64,000 bases of DNA from Cyanobacteria bacterium P01_D01_bin.156 (GTDB lineage: Bacteria; Cyanobacteriota; Cyanobacteriia; Phormidesmidales; Phormidesmidaceae): positions 12,239 to 76,238 of the forward strand of contig JBCCQQ010000026.1 of assembly GCA_039024555.1 (NCBI GenBank), in the 5' to 3' direction. Position 1 is the stretch's first letter, and every line of letters starts with the position of its first letter. The position numbers and the translations under genes are program-made. Positions 39,171 to 48,224 of the stretch are shown here, piece by piece. A model generated the notes under the pieces. The model made no database searches, was not told the DNA's origin, and saw only the letters and a list, made by a program, of their open reading frames with translations.

Positions 39171-41756
39171 ATGCCGGAATATCTTGCCCCCGGTGTCTAC
39201 ATTGAAGAAGTTAGCTTTCGTTCCAAATCCATTGAGGGTGTGGGCACCAGCACCACCGGGTTTGTGGGAGCCACCCGCTACGGCCCCGTAGATGGTGAAC
39301 CGGAACTGATGACCAGCTTTAGTCAGTTTGAGCGGATTTATGGAGGGCTTGACCCGCTGGAGTATGAGGGAACAGCAATTCCTAACTATTTGGCCCAATC
39401 GGTTCGTAACTTCTTTGACAACGGCGGCTCACGTCTTTACATTGCCCGAGCCTATGAGCCCCCAGCGCTGCCGCTAGGACCACCGGGAGAATCACCAGAA
39501 GACCTACTAGCAAGAGAGGCTTTGTTAGGACGTGCGATCTCACCAATCCATGCTCCAGATCCCTTAGTCGATAGTCTAGATGCAACAACAATTCTGGCAG
39601 CTGATGGGATATTAACGGCTCTCAACAATGCCATTGTTAATTTGCAACAAACCCGAGCAGCAACCATTACCATTTTGCAATTTGCAGTTGACCAAGCTCT
39701 CAGTGTGGTTGACCCACCGCCGTTTGTGCAACTAGACTTTGACTATGGCACCAGTGAGGATGACATCGGTACCCAGCTCAGCAATTTTGTTGCGGGCTTA
39801 CCAGCTGGGCAGGAGCAAACAGATATACAGGCTGCCTTAGATGATCCTTGGCAAGCGGTTATTGATGCTGCTGATGAGCAACTACAGCGGGCCAATGCGG
39901 CTCTAGAAACAGCCGAAGCAGAGCAGACTGCCATTAGTGCGGCTTACGAGGTAGGGGTAACAGGTGGAGAAGATGTAGATATAACGAACCAAACTCCGGC
40001 GGATGCTGCCACTCTGAATGATGCTACGACATTGGTAACAGGGGCTGTTAATGCCGTAGAGACCGCAGCTGCAGCAGTTGCAACTGCTGTTACAGACTTG
40101 GGTACTGCTCTTACTGAAGTCACTAATGACAGTGAAGCAAATATTGCCATTGCTGCAGTCACCGAAGTGATTACTCGGATTAACGATGTTTTGACGGCAT
40201 CTGAAAATCCCACGAATGCCGATGACGCTATTAACGATGCGGCTAACACAGTAACCCAGGAGCGGCGATTGGCGGCAGCCAATGCAGCGGCAGCCGCTGC
40301 CGTTGACTGGCTGGCTCGGTTCCCAGGTGCAGCCGGTAACAGCACCATTCAAGTAACGGGACGACTGGGAGCGAATGTGTTGATGGCAGGCCCCGCTGTC
40401 GGTCAAATTCGCAATGGTGACCTTGTGGTGATTGTTCAGGGTGGGTCAGCGTTGATCCACAGTGTGACCAGACAGGATGGTGATTGGAGTTTTGTCCCTG
40501 AGACAGGGGCTCCCCTATCAACTGACGATCTTGATGCCGCTAGCGATCGCGTTATTCCCCTAACGCTAACGGTGGAGATTTTCCCCCCAGGACGATTTGC
40601 CCAACCCTTTTTAAGGGACGGTCTGACGGTTTCTGAGTTGTCCGAGCGTCGTCAAGACAGTGTTACCCAGGTATTTGGTGCAGCTATTGCAAATCGCGTG
40701 CAGGCCATGGAAACCCCCGTTATCCTACAGCCTAGGAATACGACCATCCCAGCGGCTCAGCTGGCTGCGGACTTGTTGGGTTTGGCAGATTGGTCTGCAT
40801 TATTAAACCAAAATGTTCTTTCCCATACGCGGAGTTACACCCTAGCTGGTGGCAATGATGGATTAGAGCCCACACCCATTCGCTATGAAGGTATGGGAGA
40901 TGATAGTTCTCCCACTAAAAGTGGTTTGCGTTCCCTAGAAGATCTTGAAGAGATTTCAATTGTTGCCGCCCCTGGCTATTCCTACGACTGGGGAGGCCGC
41001 CAGTCTGAAATTCTTACCATTAGTCAGGCCCTGATCAACCACTGTGAGCGCATGCGCTATCGGGTGGCGGTGCTGGATAGCCCTGACAATCAGCCCCTTT
41101 CTGGGGTGCGAGACTATCGAGCCCTGTTAGATACCACACGGGCCGCTGTTTACTATCCCTGGGTGGTGATCAACGACCCGATAACCAATCAGGATTTGAG
41201 TCTGCCGCCCAGTGGCTTTATGGCGGGAATTTATGCCCGTAATGATGTGGAGATTGGGGTGCACAAGGCTCCGGCCAATGAGGTGGTGCGCAATGCCATT
41301 GGTCTAGAAGTCTTGATTAACAAGGCTCAACAGGATGTGCTCAACCCGTTAGGCATTAACTGTATTCGCTTTTTTGAAGGACGGGGCATTCGGGTGTGGG
41401 GAGCTCGCACCATTAGCTCCGACCCCGAGTGGAAGTATCTCAACATTCGTCGCTTCTTTGCCTACCTAGAAGCCTCCATCGATCGGTCCACCCAGTGGGC
41501 GGTGTTTGAACCCAACGGCGAGCGGCTGTGGGCCAACATTCGTCGCACCGTGGAGAGTTTTTTGGAAAACGAATGGAAAGAAGGACGGTTGGCGGGCACC
41601 AAATTGGAAGAAGCCTTCTTTGTTCGGTGCGATCGCAGCACCATGACCCAAAACGATTTAGACAATGGTCGGCTGATCTGTCTAATCGGTGTGGCACCGC
41701 TATATCCCGCAGAGTATGTCATCTTCCGCATTGGTCAAAAGACCCTCGATAGTTAA
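39171..41756 (+). CDS. Contractile tail sheath protein 1 (Afp2/3/4-like) with a large insertion
   Basis: MPEYLAPGVYIEE, YYPW, PPSG, KAPANE, VWGART, WAVFEPN, DNGRLICLIGVAP. Confidence 0.95.
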   Translation: MPEYLAPGVYIEEVSFRSKSIEGVGTSTTGFVGATRYGPVDGEPELMTSFSQFERIYGGLDPLEYEGTAIPNYLAQSVRNFFDNGGSRLYIARAYEPPALPLGPPGESPEDLLAREALLGRAISPIHAPDPLVDSLDATTILAADGILTALNNAIVNLQQTRAATITILQFAVDQALSVVDPPPFVQLDFDYGTSEDDIGTQLSNFVAGLPAGQEQTDIQAALDDPWQAVIDAADEQLQRANAALETAEAEQTAISAAYEVGVTGGEDVDITNQTPADAATLNDATTLVTGAVNAVETAAAAVATAVTDLGTALTEVTNDSEANIAIAAVTEVITRINDVLTASENPTNADDAINDAANTVTQERRLAAANAAAAAAVDWLARFPGAAGNSTIQVTGRLGANVLMAGPAVGQIRNGDLVVIVQGGSALIHSVTRQDGDWSFVPETGAPLSTDDLDAASDRVIPLTLTVEIFPPGRFAQPFLRDGLTVSELSERRQDSVTQVFGAAIANRVQAMETPVILQPRNTTIPAAQLAADLLGLADWSALLNQNVLSHTRSYTLAGGNDGLEPTPIRYEGMGDDSSPTKSGLRSLEDLEEISIVAAPGYSYDWGGRQSEILTISQALINHCERMRYRVAVLDSPDNQPLSGVRDYRALLDTTRAAVYYPWVVINDPITNQDLSLPPSGFMAGIYARNDVEIGVHKAPANEVVRNAIGLEVLINKAQQDVLNPLGINCIRFFEGRGIRVWGARTISSDPEWKYLNIRRFFAYLEASIDRSTQWAVFEPNGERLWANIRRTVESFLENEWKEGRLAGTKLEEAFFVRCDRSTMTQNDLDNGRLICLIGVAPLYPAEYVIFRIGQKTLDS

Positions 41757-41867
41757 GGGCAATGGACACCGCCGCCCTTTTCCCTTTTCCGTTCTAATTC
41801 GCAGAGCCCCTAGTACTAGTCATCTGTTCTAAAACCCAACGCAATAAACCATTAAGGAGAGTGTTCA

Positions 41868-42314
41868 ATGGCTACTGAACGAGATCGTCCCTATAGTGCC
41901 TTTCGCTACCTGGTAGACCTGGGGGGTGGCACCGATGGCCCGAGAGCGGGTTTCCAGGAAGTGAGCGGGCTGGGGGTGGAAATTACCATGCAGGAATATC
42001 GAGCCGGTAACGACGTGCGAAATGCGCCTATCAAAATTCCGGGGATTTATAAAGTCACCGATGTTTCCCTCAAGCGTGGGGTGTTGGGAGCACTGGACTT
42101 GACCAACTGGTTAGACCAGGTACGCAATGGGGAAGATGCCCGTCGCAACATTACCATCCAGCTCCAAAGCGAAGATCTAAGCACCATCGCCATGACCTGG
42201 AGACTTGAGGGCGCCCAGCCCATGAAGTACACCGGTCCTTCCCTTAACGGTAAGGGCACGGATGTAGCCATTGAGGAACTGGGGCTATGCATAGAAAACC
42301 TCACATTTGAGTAG
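41868..42314 (+). CDS. Tail tube protein (T4 gp19/Afp1-like)
   Basis: GFQEVSGL, EYRAGN, VSLKRG, VAIEEL. Confidence 0.93.
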   Translation: MATERDRPYSAFRYLVDLGGGTDGPRAGFQEVSGLGVEITMQEYRAGNDVRNAPIKIPGIYKVTDVSLKRGVLGALDLTNWLDQVRNGEDARRNITIQLQSEDLSTIAMTWRLEGAQPMKYTGPSLNGKGTDVAIEELGLCIENLTFE

Positions 42315-42323
42315 GACCGGACC

Positions 42324-44843
42324 ATGCAGGTAACTCGTCCCTTCCCAGGTATCTCTTTTCGGGTAGAAACGCCGACCACAGTGGCGCTACCCCGAATGGA
42401 TGTGGCCGCTTTTGTAGGCTTTGCCCAGCAGGGACCGCTCCACAGACCGGTGGTGGTAGAAAGTTATCCTGAATTCGTCAACCTGTTTGGGGGGGTATAC
42501 CGCCTAGCCTGGGACGATGAAGAGAATCTTTGGCAAACGGCCTGTTTGACCCCTGCGGTAAAAGACTTTTTTGCCCAAGGGGGCCGTCGCTGCTGGATTG
42601 TGCGGGTTGCTAATCCGGCAACAGCACAATCCACATTGTTTCCCCTGGCTGGCCTGGTGCAAACCACCCTTACCGGCTATACGGAAGTAACAGCCACCGC
42701 CCGCTGCCCCGGCAGCTGGGCCGATGATTTGGAGACCAGGGTGGAGCTGTTGGTGACTCCCTTGGGGATTGCCACCGCTCCGGACATTGTACCGGGGGCT
42801 CCCCCGCAGGTAGAACTGCGCAGCAATCAACAGCTGCAGCCGGGGGATCTGGTCCAGCTCGATTTTAGCGATCGCAAACACCGGGCCTATGGCGTTGTTC
42901 CTAACAACAACGCCACTCTCTCTTTTGACCGCAGTTACTGGTTCCATCGGTTGTTAGTCAGCCAGCTGCCCTTGGCAGGCACAGTACAGGCCGGTGCTGA
43001 GAGTTCAATGGCGGGGACTCTGGCCACCACAGAGTCTTTTGATGGTCAGGCAGCGGATCCGTTAACCCCCAATAATATTCAGGACACTGTGCTGAACCTG
43101 ACGGGGTCTGGCACTCTGGTCGCTGTTCCTGGGCAATGGCTGCGCCTAGAAACCACTGATGCTGCCCTTTGGCTGTTGATCGGTGCATCTATTCGGGATA
43201 ACCAGCTGACCCTAGCCGACATCTGGGTAGAAGGGGCAGATCCGTTGGCAGGTCCGCTTTCCTTAGAGCGGGCACAGCAGGTGCAAATGGCGTTGCGGGC
43301 ACGCCGAGCGGAGGGAGAAAATGCCCTGGCAGCGATTGTATTAAACCTGGCGGGGGCTTCTCCCCATCCTCGTTTTATGGGTAATCTTCCGGGGGATGAT
43401 GAGCTTTTTCGCTTGGTGCTGGGTCCTGCCGCTAACCGCTCTTCTTCTGAATCGGAACTTTGGCAAGAGGTTAGGACCCCCCGGTTTCCCCTCAGCGTGA
43501 ATCTAGGGGATGACTCTGTTGTTTTACCCCTGGGGCTAGATCGTCCCATTCCCTGGCAAACGGGGCGAATTTCCACAGGTGAACCGCTGGTGAGAGATGG
43601 CATTATTCCTGATGCCAGCGACTATGTGGCCTTGACCGGGGAGAACTGGTCGGAGTTTTTACCTGAGTTATTTTTAGACCCGGTTTTACGGTACACCAGC
43701 GTGCGATCGCTCCCCAATGAGATCAGCGATCGGCTCTACATTCAGGAACAGAACCTTAGCGGTGTCCATGCCCTGTGGCCCATTGATGAAATCAGTCTGG
43801 TGGCTCTTCCCGATGCCGCCCACCGGGGCTGGCGACTGACCCAACAAATCAGCGTTGCCATTGAACCACCCCCGGCAGAGCCAGAAATCCCCGATCCCTG
43901 TGCCAAGGAAAGTCCCTTTGTTCCCTGCCCTCAGATCTCTTCTGAGGATGAAGACTCGTCGGGCAATGAGGAATCGTTGCAGCCTGTATCCCAACCCCAA
44001 TGGCAGCTGCTGTCATCCCTTGAATATCAAGAAAGGGGCCTGCTCACGATTCAACAGGCGGTAGCCAGGTTGGCGGCGGCCCGTAGCGATATGGTTGCGG
44101 TTTTAGGATTGCCCAAACATTACCGTAGTCCAGACGTGTTGGTCTACCAGCAACAGCTTTTAGAGGGGGTGCGTCGAGATGGGGATACGGTCGATAGCTA
44201 CCTGGCCCTCTATCATTCCTGGCTGGTTAGTCGCCACGAGCCCAACGGTTTGATCCACACCCATCCGGCTGGAGCCATGGTGGGGGTGATGGCCGCCCGC
44301 AGTTTAAACCGGGGCGCCTGGGTAGCCCCCGCCAATGAAGTAGTGCAGGGGGTGTTAGCCACGTTGCCCCCATTGTCATTGACGGAGCAACAGACGCTAT
44401 ATGCCGCTGGCATTAATCCGATTCGGCAGGCTCCCCAGGGCTTCGTTGCCTGGGGTAGCTACACCCAAAGCCTTGAACCAGAACTGGAAGATCTCAACGT
44501 GCGGCGGTTGATGATTTTGCTGCGGCGACTGGCCCTACAAGAAGGAGAAAAGTATGTGTTTGCTCCCCACAGTGCGGCATTTCGACGGCGCGTACAACAA
44601 CAGTTTGAGCAGGTATTAGCCCGGTTGTTTGACCTGGGGGCATTTGCTGGACGAGACCCGACAGAAGCTTACCAGGTGGTGATTGATGGCACCCTCAATA
44701 CCCAGACCACCGTGGAAAGGGGCCAGCTAATTATTGAGCTGCGGGTGGCACCGTCTCAGCCCATGACCTTTATTACGGTGCGATTGGTACAGCTGGATAA
44801 CAATCGGCTAACGGTACAGGAGGTATTGATCAATGGTGGCTAG
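42324..44843 (+). CDS. Contractile tail sheath protein 2
   Basis: PRMDVAAFVGFA, FFAQGGRRCWIVRV, APANE, LNVRRL, GQLIIELRVAPSQP. Confidence 0.9.
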   Translation: MQVTRPFPGISFRVETPTTVALPRMDVAAFVGFAQQGPLHRPVVVESYPEFVNLFGGVYRLAWDDEENLWQTACLTPAVKDFFAQGGRRCWIVRVANPATAQSTLFPLAGLVQTTLTGYTEVTATARCPGSWADDLETRVELLVTPLGIATAPDIVPGAPPQVELRSNQQLQPGDLVQLDFSDRKHRAYGVVPNNNATLSFDRSYWFHRLLVSQLPLAGTVQAGAESSMAGTLATTESFDGQAADPLTPNNIQDTVLNLTGSGTLVAVPGQWLRLETTDAALWLLIGASIRDNQLTLADIWVEGADPLAGPLSLERAQQVQMALRARRAEGENALAAIVLNLAGASPHPRFMGNLPGDDELFRLVLGPAANRSSSESELWQEVRTPRFPLSVNLGDDSVVLPLGLDRPIPWQTGRISTGEPLVRDGIIPDASDYVALTGENWSEFLPELFLDPVLRYTSVRSLPNEISDRLYIQEQNLSGVHALWPIDEISLVALPDAAHRGWRLTQQISVAIEPPPAEPEIPDPCAKESPFVPCPQISSEDEDSSGNEESLQPVSQPQWQLLSSLEYQERGLLTIQQAVARLAAARSDMVAVLGLPKHYRSPDVLVYQQQLLEGVRRDGDTVDSYLALYHSWLVSRHEPNGLIHTHPAGAMVGVMAARSLNRGAWVAPANEVVQGVLATLPPLSLTEQQTLYAAGINPIRQAPQGFVAWGSYTQSLEPELEDLNVRRLMILLRRLALQEGEKYVFAPHSAAFRRRVQQQFEQVLARLFDLGAFAGRDPTEAYQVVIDGTLNTQTTVERGQLIIELRVAPSQPMTFITVRLVQLDNNRLTVQEVLINGG

Positions 44844-45357
44844 TCGCATTTTTACCACCTTTAACTTTTTGGTGGAAATTCGCGTGGAGGGGATTTCGGA
44901 CCAAGTGTGTCAGGCCGCATTTGCTGAATGTGATGGTTTGGAGATGTCCATGGAACCTAAAACATTTCATCAGGGGGGCCAAAATAACGAGCAGATTCAT
45001 CTAGCAGGTCAGGTGTCCTATGGTCAGCTCACCCTAAAGCGGGGTATGAGCAAAGACTTTGGTCTCTGGCGGTGGTTTAACGAAGTAATGAAAACAGATC
45101 AGCGAGGGCTGCGGGGCCAGGGCATGGTGGTGCTGCTGGATGGGGCGCAACAAAAGCAGATCACCTTTAAGCTCAAGGATTGTCTGCCCATTAAATTACG
45201 GGCACCGGCTCTCAATGCTAAGGATGGTGGGTTAGCCATTGAAGAGATGCAGCTAGTCTATGCCGCCATGGAAGTGGACTTTGATAGTCCTCAGCTGGGC
45301 TTAAATGTGCAGGCCAGTGTGGGTGTGAACGCCCAAGCCAGCATCGGATTGTCGTAG
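44833..45357 (+). CDS. Second tail tube protein (Afp5-like)
   Basis: AFAECDGLEM, GQLTLKRGM, LAIEEMQLVY. Confidence 0.9.
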   Translation: MVASRIFTTFNFLVEIRVEGISDQVCQAAFAECDGLEMSMEPKTFHQGGQNNEQIHLAGQVSYGQLTLKRGMSKDFGLWRWFNEVMKTDQRGLRGQGMVVLLDGAQQKQITFKLKDCLPIKLRAPALNAKDGGLAIEEMQLVYAAMEVDFDSPQLGLNVQASVGVNAQASIGLS

Positions 45358-45371
45358 GAGGAGGAGAGACC

Positions 45372-46115
45372 ATGGCCCTGGAAAAAGCAAAGCTGATTGA
45401 AATCGAATGGTCCGATGGCCACAATGAAGCGACCCCCAAGGATGGTTTTGAGCCGGTGGAAGTGCAGTTTAATCCGGCATCTCTCAAGGTGTCTTATTCA
45501 AACCAGGTGCAAACCAACGATCAAAGTACCAGTTCCACCATGCAGTACGTGGGCAAAGGAGATTCTAAACTGGCTGTGGAGCTGCTGTTTGATGTCTCTG
45601 GAGCCGGGGCTACGGATGTTAAGGACGTGCGTCGTATGACCCAGCGAGTGGCCTACTTTATGAGCACGTCAGAAGATACCTCTGGCGAAGAGACCAAATA
45701 TACGGTGCCGGGACTGCGTTTTCAGTGGGGCAGCTTTTTCTTTGATGGCATCCTAGGGTCGATGGATGAAAACTTAGAGCTTTGGTCGGAAGACGGTAAT
45801 CCCCTCAGGGCGACAGTCTCCCTAAGCATGAGTCAGCCCGGCATCCAGTTTAAGTTTAGTGAAAATACCAAGGCTACGCCCCCGCCCCAAGCTGCCCCTG
45901 CCTCTGGCACCCAGCCCCTGACGGCGGCTCTTCAGGGGGGGACTCTCCAGGGCATGGTATCCGGTGCGGGCGGCGCTGATTGGAAAGCGGTTGCTGCATT
46001 AAATGGCATTGAGAATCCGCGTAATCTCCCTACGGGCACCTTGGTGAATTTGAATGCCCGAGCAACAGTGGGTTCCGGCGGCGTTAGCGCTAGTTTTCAA
46101 GCGGGGGGTGGATAA
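45372..46115 (+). CDS. Tube initiator protein with LysM-like C-terminus (Afp7-like)
   Basis: VQFNPASL, FQWG, GNPLRATVSLSM, WKAVAALNGIENPR. Confidence 0.88.
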   Translation: MALEKAKLIEIEWSDGHNEATPKDGFEPVEVQFNPASLKVSYSNQVQTNDQSTSSTMQYVGKGDSKLAVELLFDVSGAGATDVKDVRRMTQRVAYFMSTSEDTSGEETKYTVPGLRFQWGSFFFDGILGSMDENLELWSEDGNPLRATVSLSMSQPGIQFKFSENTKATPPPQAAPASGTQPLTAALQGGTLQGMVSGAGGADWKAVAALNGIENPRNLPTGTLVNLNARATVGSGGVSASFQAGGG

Positions 46116-46163
46116 ATTCTAGAGTGTCTTGTTTTCTGTTGTTTGTTTATTTAATCCTGCCCC

Positions 46164-46331
46164 ATGGCCATCATTATCAACGATGTAGACGTGATTGCTC
46201 CGTCCCCTAGTAGAGAGGACGTGCGCCATGCTGCTCCGGCGAATGTTCCCCCAGCCGGTCCTACCCCGAGAGACATTTATTGGGTAACGCGTAAATTGAT
46301 GGCTCGACAGCTGCGATCGCAAGCTCGATAG
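46164..46331 (+). CDS. Small 55-aa CIS protein (Afp6-like), missing from the ORF track
   Basis: MAIIINDVDVIAPSPSREDVRHAAPANVPPAGPTPRDIYWVTRKLMARQLRSQAR*; fills the gap in the operon on the same strand. Confidence 0.65.
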   Translation: MAIIINDVDVIAPSPSREDVRHAAPANVPPAGPTPRDIYWVTRKLMARQLRSQAR

Positions 46332-46364
46332 CTCCCTGATATAGCCCCAAAGCCCCAAACCACC

Positions 46365-47462
46365 ATGATTGAACTGGGTATCCCCCCTGGAATTGTTACG
46401 TCCGAAGCCGCCATCACCATTGATGGTGACGCTCAGCTACGGCTAACGTCAGCATTGTTGTCGGTCACAGTCGTGGAGACCACAGAGGGCCTGTATCGCT
46501 GTGAAGCCCGCTTTGGCAACTGGGGTGATCAGGGCAATGGTCCTGATTATCTTTATTTTGACCGACAGCTATTGGACTTTGGTAAAGAGATGACCATTAC
46601 CCTGGGGGCAGGGGCCGACGCCGCTGAAGTCTTTAAAGGGAAAATTAGCGCCATTGAGGGCCAGTTTTTGGCAGGGGAGCCTCCCCAGATTGTTGTTCTC
46701 GCTGAAGATGCCGCCCAAAGCCTCCGGCAAACCCGCCGCACTCGCACCTTTGAGGATATGTCCGACGGGGAGGTGTTTGAACAAATTGCCAGTGACTACG
46801 GTCTACAGTCAGCCATTGATGTGGATGCCACCACCTGTCCGGTGATTGCCCAGCTCAATCAGAGCGACCTAGCCTTTGTGCGAGAACGGGCCAGACGGCT
46901 AGCTGCAGAAATCTGGATTGAAGATAACACTCTCCATGTTCAAAGCAGACAAAATCGTCAGCAGTCTGACGATCAGCTAACCCTGGCCTTTAATCGGGGG
47001 CTGTTGGAATTTAGCGTTACCGCCGACACCGCCAACCAATATACCCAGGTGGTGGTCAGTGGCTGGGATGTTCAAGCCAAGGAGCGATTTGACCATAAAG
47101 CCACGGACAGCATTATCGGCAGCGAACTGGAGGGAGATACTAGCGCCGCCCAAATTGTTCGCGAAATCGTAGGAGGCGATCGAACCGATCGAATTGCCCA
47201 GCAGCGTCCCCTCACCAGTGCTGAGACCCAGTCGGTGGCAGAGGCTAGCTTTCGAGCCCAGGCCCGACGGTTTGTCATGGGTACCGGTATTGCCCGAGGC
47301 GATGCCCGGATTCGGGTGGGGCGAACCATCGCGCTGCAGGGACTGGGACCTTTATTTAGCGGAGCCTACTACGTTAGCGAAGTACAGCACTGCTTTAGCC
47401 GCCGACCGGGGGGCGGCTACACCACCGAACTGGTGGTGGAACGCCCTGGTATTGGCACCTAG
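46365..47462 (+). CDS. Baseplate hub / phage late control D protein (VgrG gp27-like half of Afp8)
   Basis: FKGKISAIE, RRTRTF, QSDLAFVRERA, VSGWD, GAYYVSEVQH. Confidence 0.9.
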   Translation: MIELGIPPGIVTSEAAITIDGDAQLRLTSALLSVTVVETTEGLYRCEARFGNWGDQGNGPDYLYFDRQLLDFGKEMTITLGAGADAAEVFKGKISAIEGQFLAGEPPQIVVLAEDAAQSLRQTRRTRTFEDMSDGEVFEQIASDYGLQSAIDVDATTCPVIAQLNQSDLAFVRERARRLAAEIWIEDNTLHVQSRQNRQQSDDQLTLAFNRGLLEFSVTADTANQYTQVVVSGWDVQAKERFDHKATDSIIGSELEGDTSAAQIVREIVGGDRTDRIAQQRPLTSAETQSVAEASFRAQARRFVMGTGIARGDARIRVGRTIALQGLGPLFSGAYYVSEVQHCFSRRPGGGYTTELVVERPGIGT

Positions 47463-47510
47463 AGGTTTTTGTAAAACATTTGTAATAAGAAAGATTTATT
47501 AGGAGACCCC

Positions 47511-48224
47511 ATGACCGTTAGCCCTGCTCCCTGGCCCAGCATGATGCCGCCACCGCCTATTAGCGGTAATGGTGGTCCCTACTATGGCGTCTATGTTGGA
47601 CTGGTTACCGATGTCCAAGACCCCGATGGCCAGGGCCGGGTGCGGGTACGCTTACCCTGGACCACAGACCCTGAGGGCGATCCGTTTGAAATCTGGGCCA
47701 GGTTAGCCACTCTAATGGCCGGTAATAACCGTGGCAGCTGGTTTATTCCTGAACCCAATGACGAGGTGATTTTGGCCTTTGAGGGGGGCTGTCCCTGGTC
47801 TCCTATTGTGGTGGGTTCGGTGTGGAACGGCATGGATAAACCGCCGGAGTCCATGGATAACAATAACAACATCCGCGCCATTACCTCCCGCAGTGGTATT
47901 CGCGTCAGCTTTGATGACAAAGATGGCGGAGTGGAGTTCACCGTTGAAACACCGGGTGGGCAAAAAATTGTCTGTGGGGATACCCCAGCCACCATAGACA
48001 TGACCGACAGTAACGGCAATCAAGTCACCCTAGATGCCAGCGGCATTACCCTCAGCACCGGGGCTAAGGTCACTATCAATGCCACCACGTTAGATGTCTC
48101 CGCTAGCCTGGTCAATGTCAACGCTGGCATGAGTAAGTTTAGCGGCGTGGTGAAATCGGACACCAATATTACTAACACTACCGTCAGTGCCACCTATACC
48201 CCAGGAGCTGGAAACATATGGTAG
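47511..48224 (+). CDS. Spike, phage baseplate assembly protein V (gp5 OB-fold)
   Basis: DPDGQGRVRVRLPW, WARLA, PEPNDEVILAF, beta-helix tail. Confidence 0.92.
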   Translation: MTVSPAPWPSMMPPPPISGNGGPYYGVYVGLVTDVQDPDGQGRVRVRLPWTTDPEGDPFEIWARLATLMAGNNRGSWFIPEPNDEVILAFEGGCPWSPIVVGSVWNGMDKPPESMDNNNNIRAITSRSGIRVSFDDKDGGVEFTVETPGGQKIVCGDTPATIDMTDSNGNQVTLDASGITLSTGAKVTINATTLDVSASLVNVNAGMSKFSGVVKSDTNITNTTVSATYTPGAGNIW

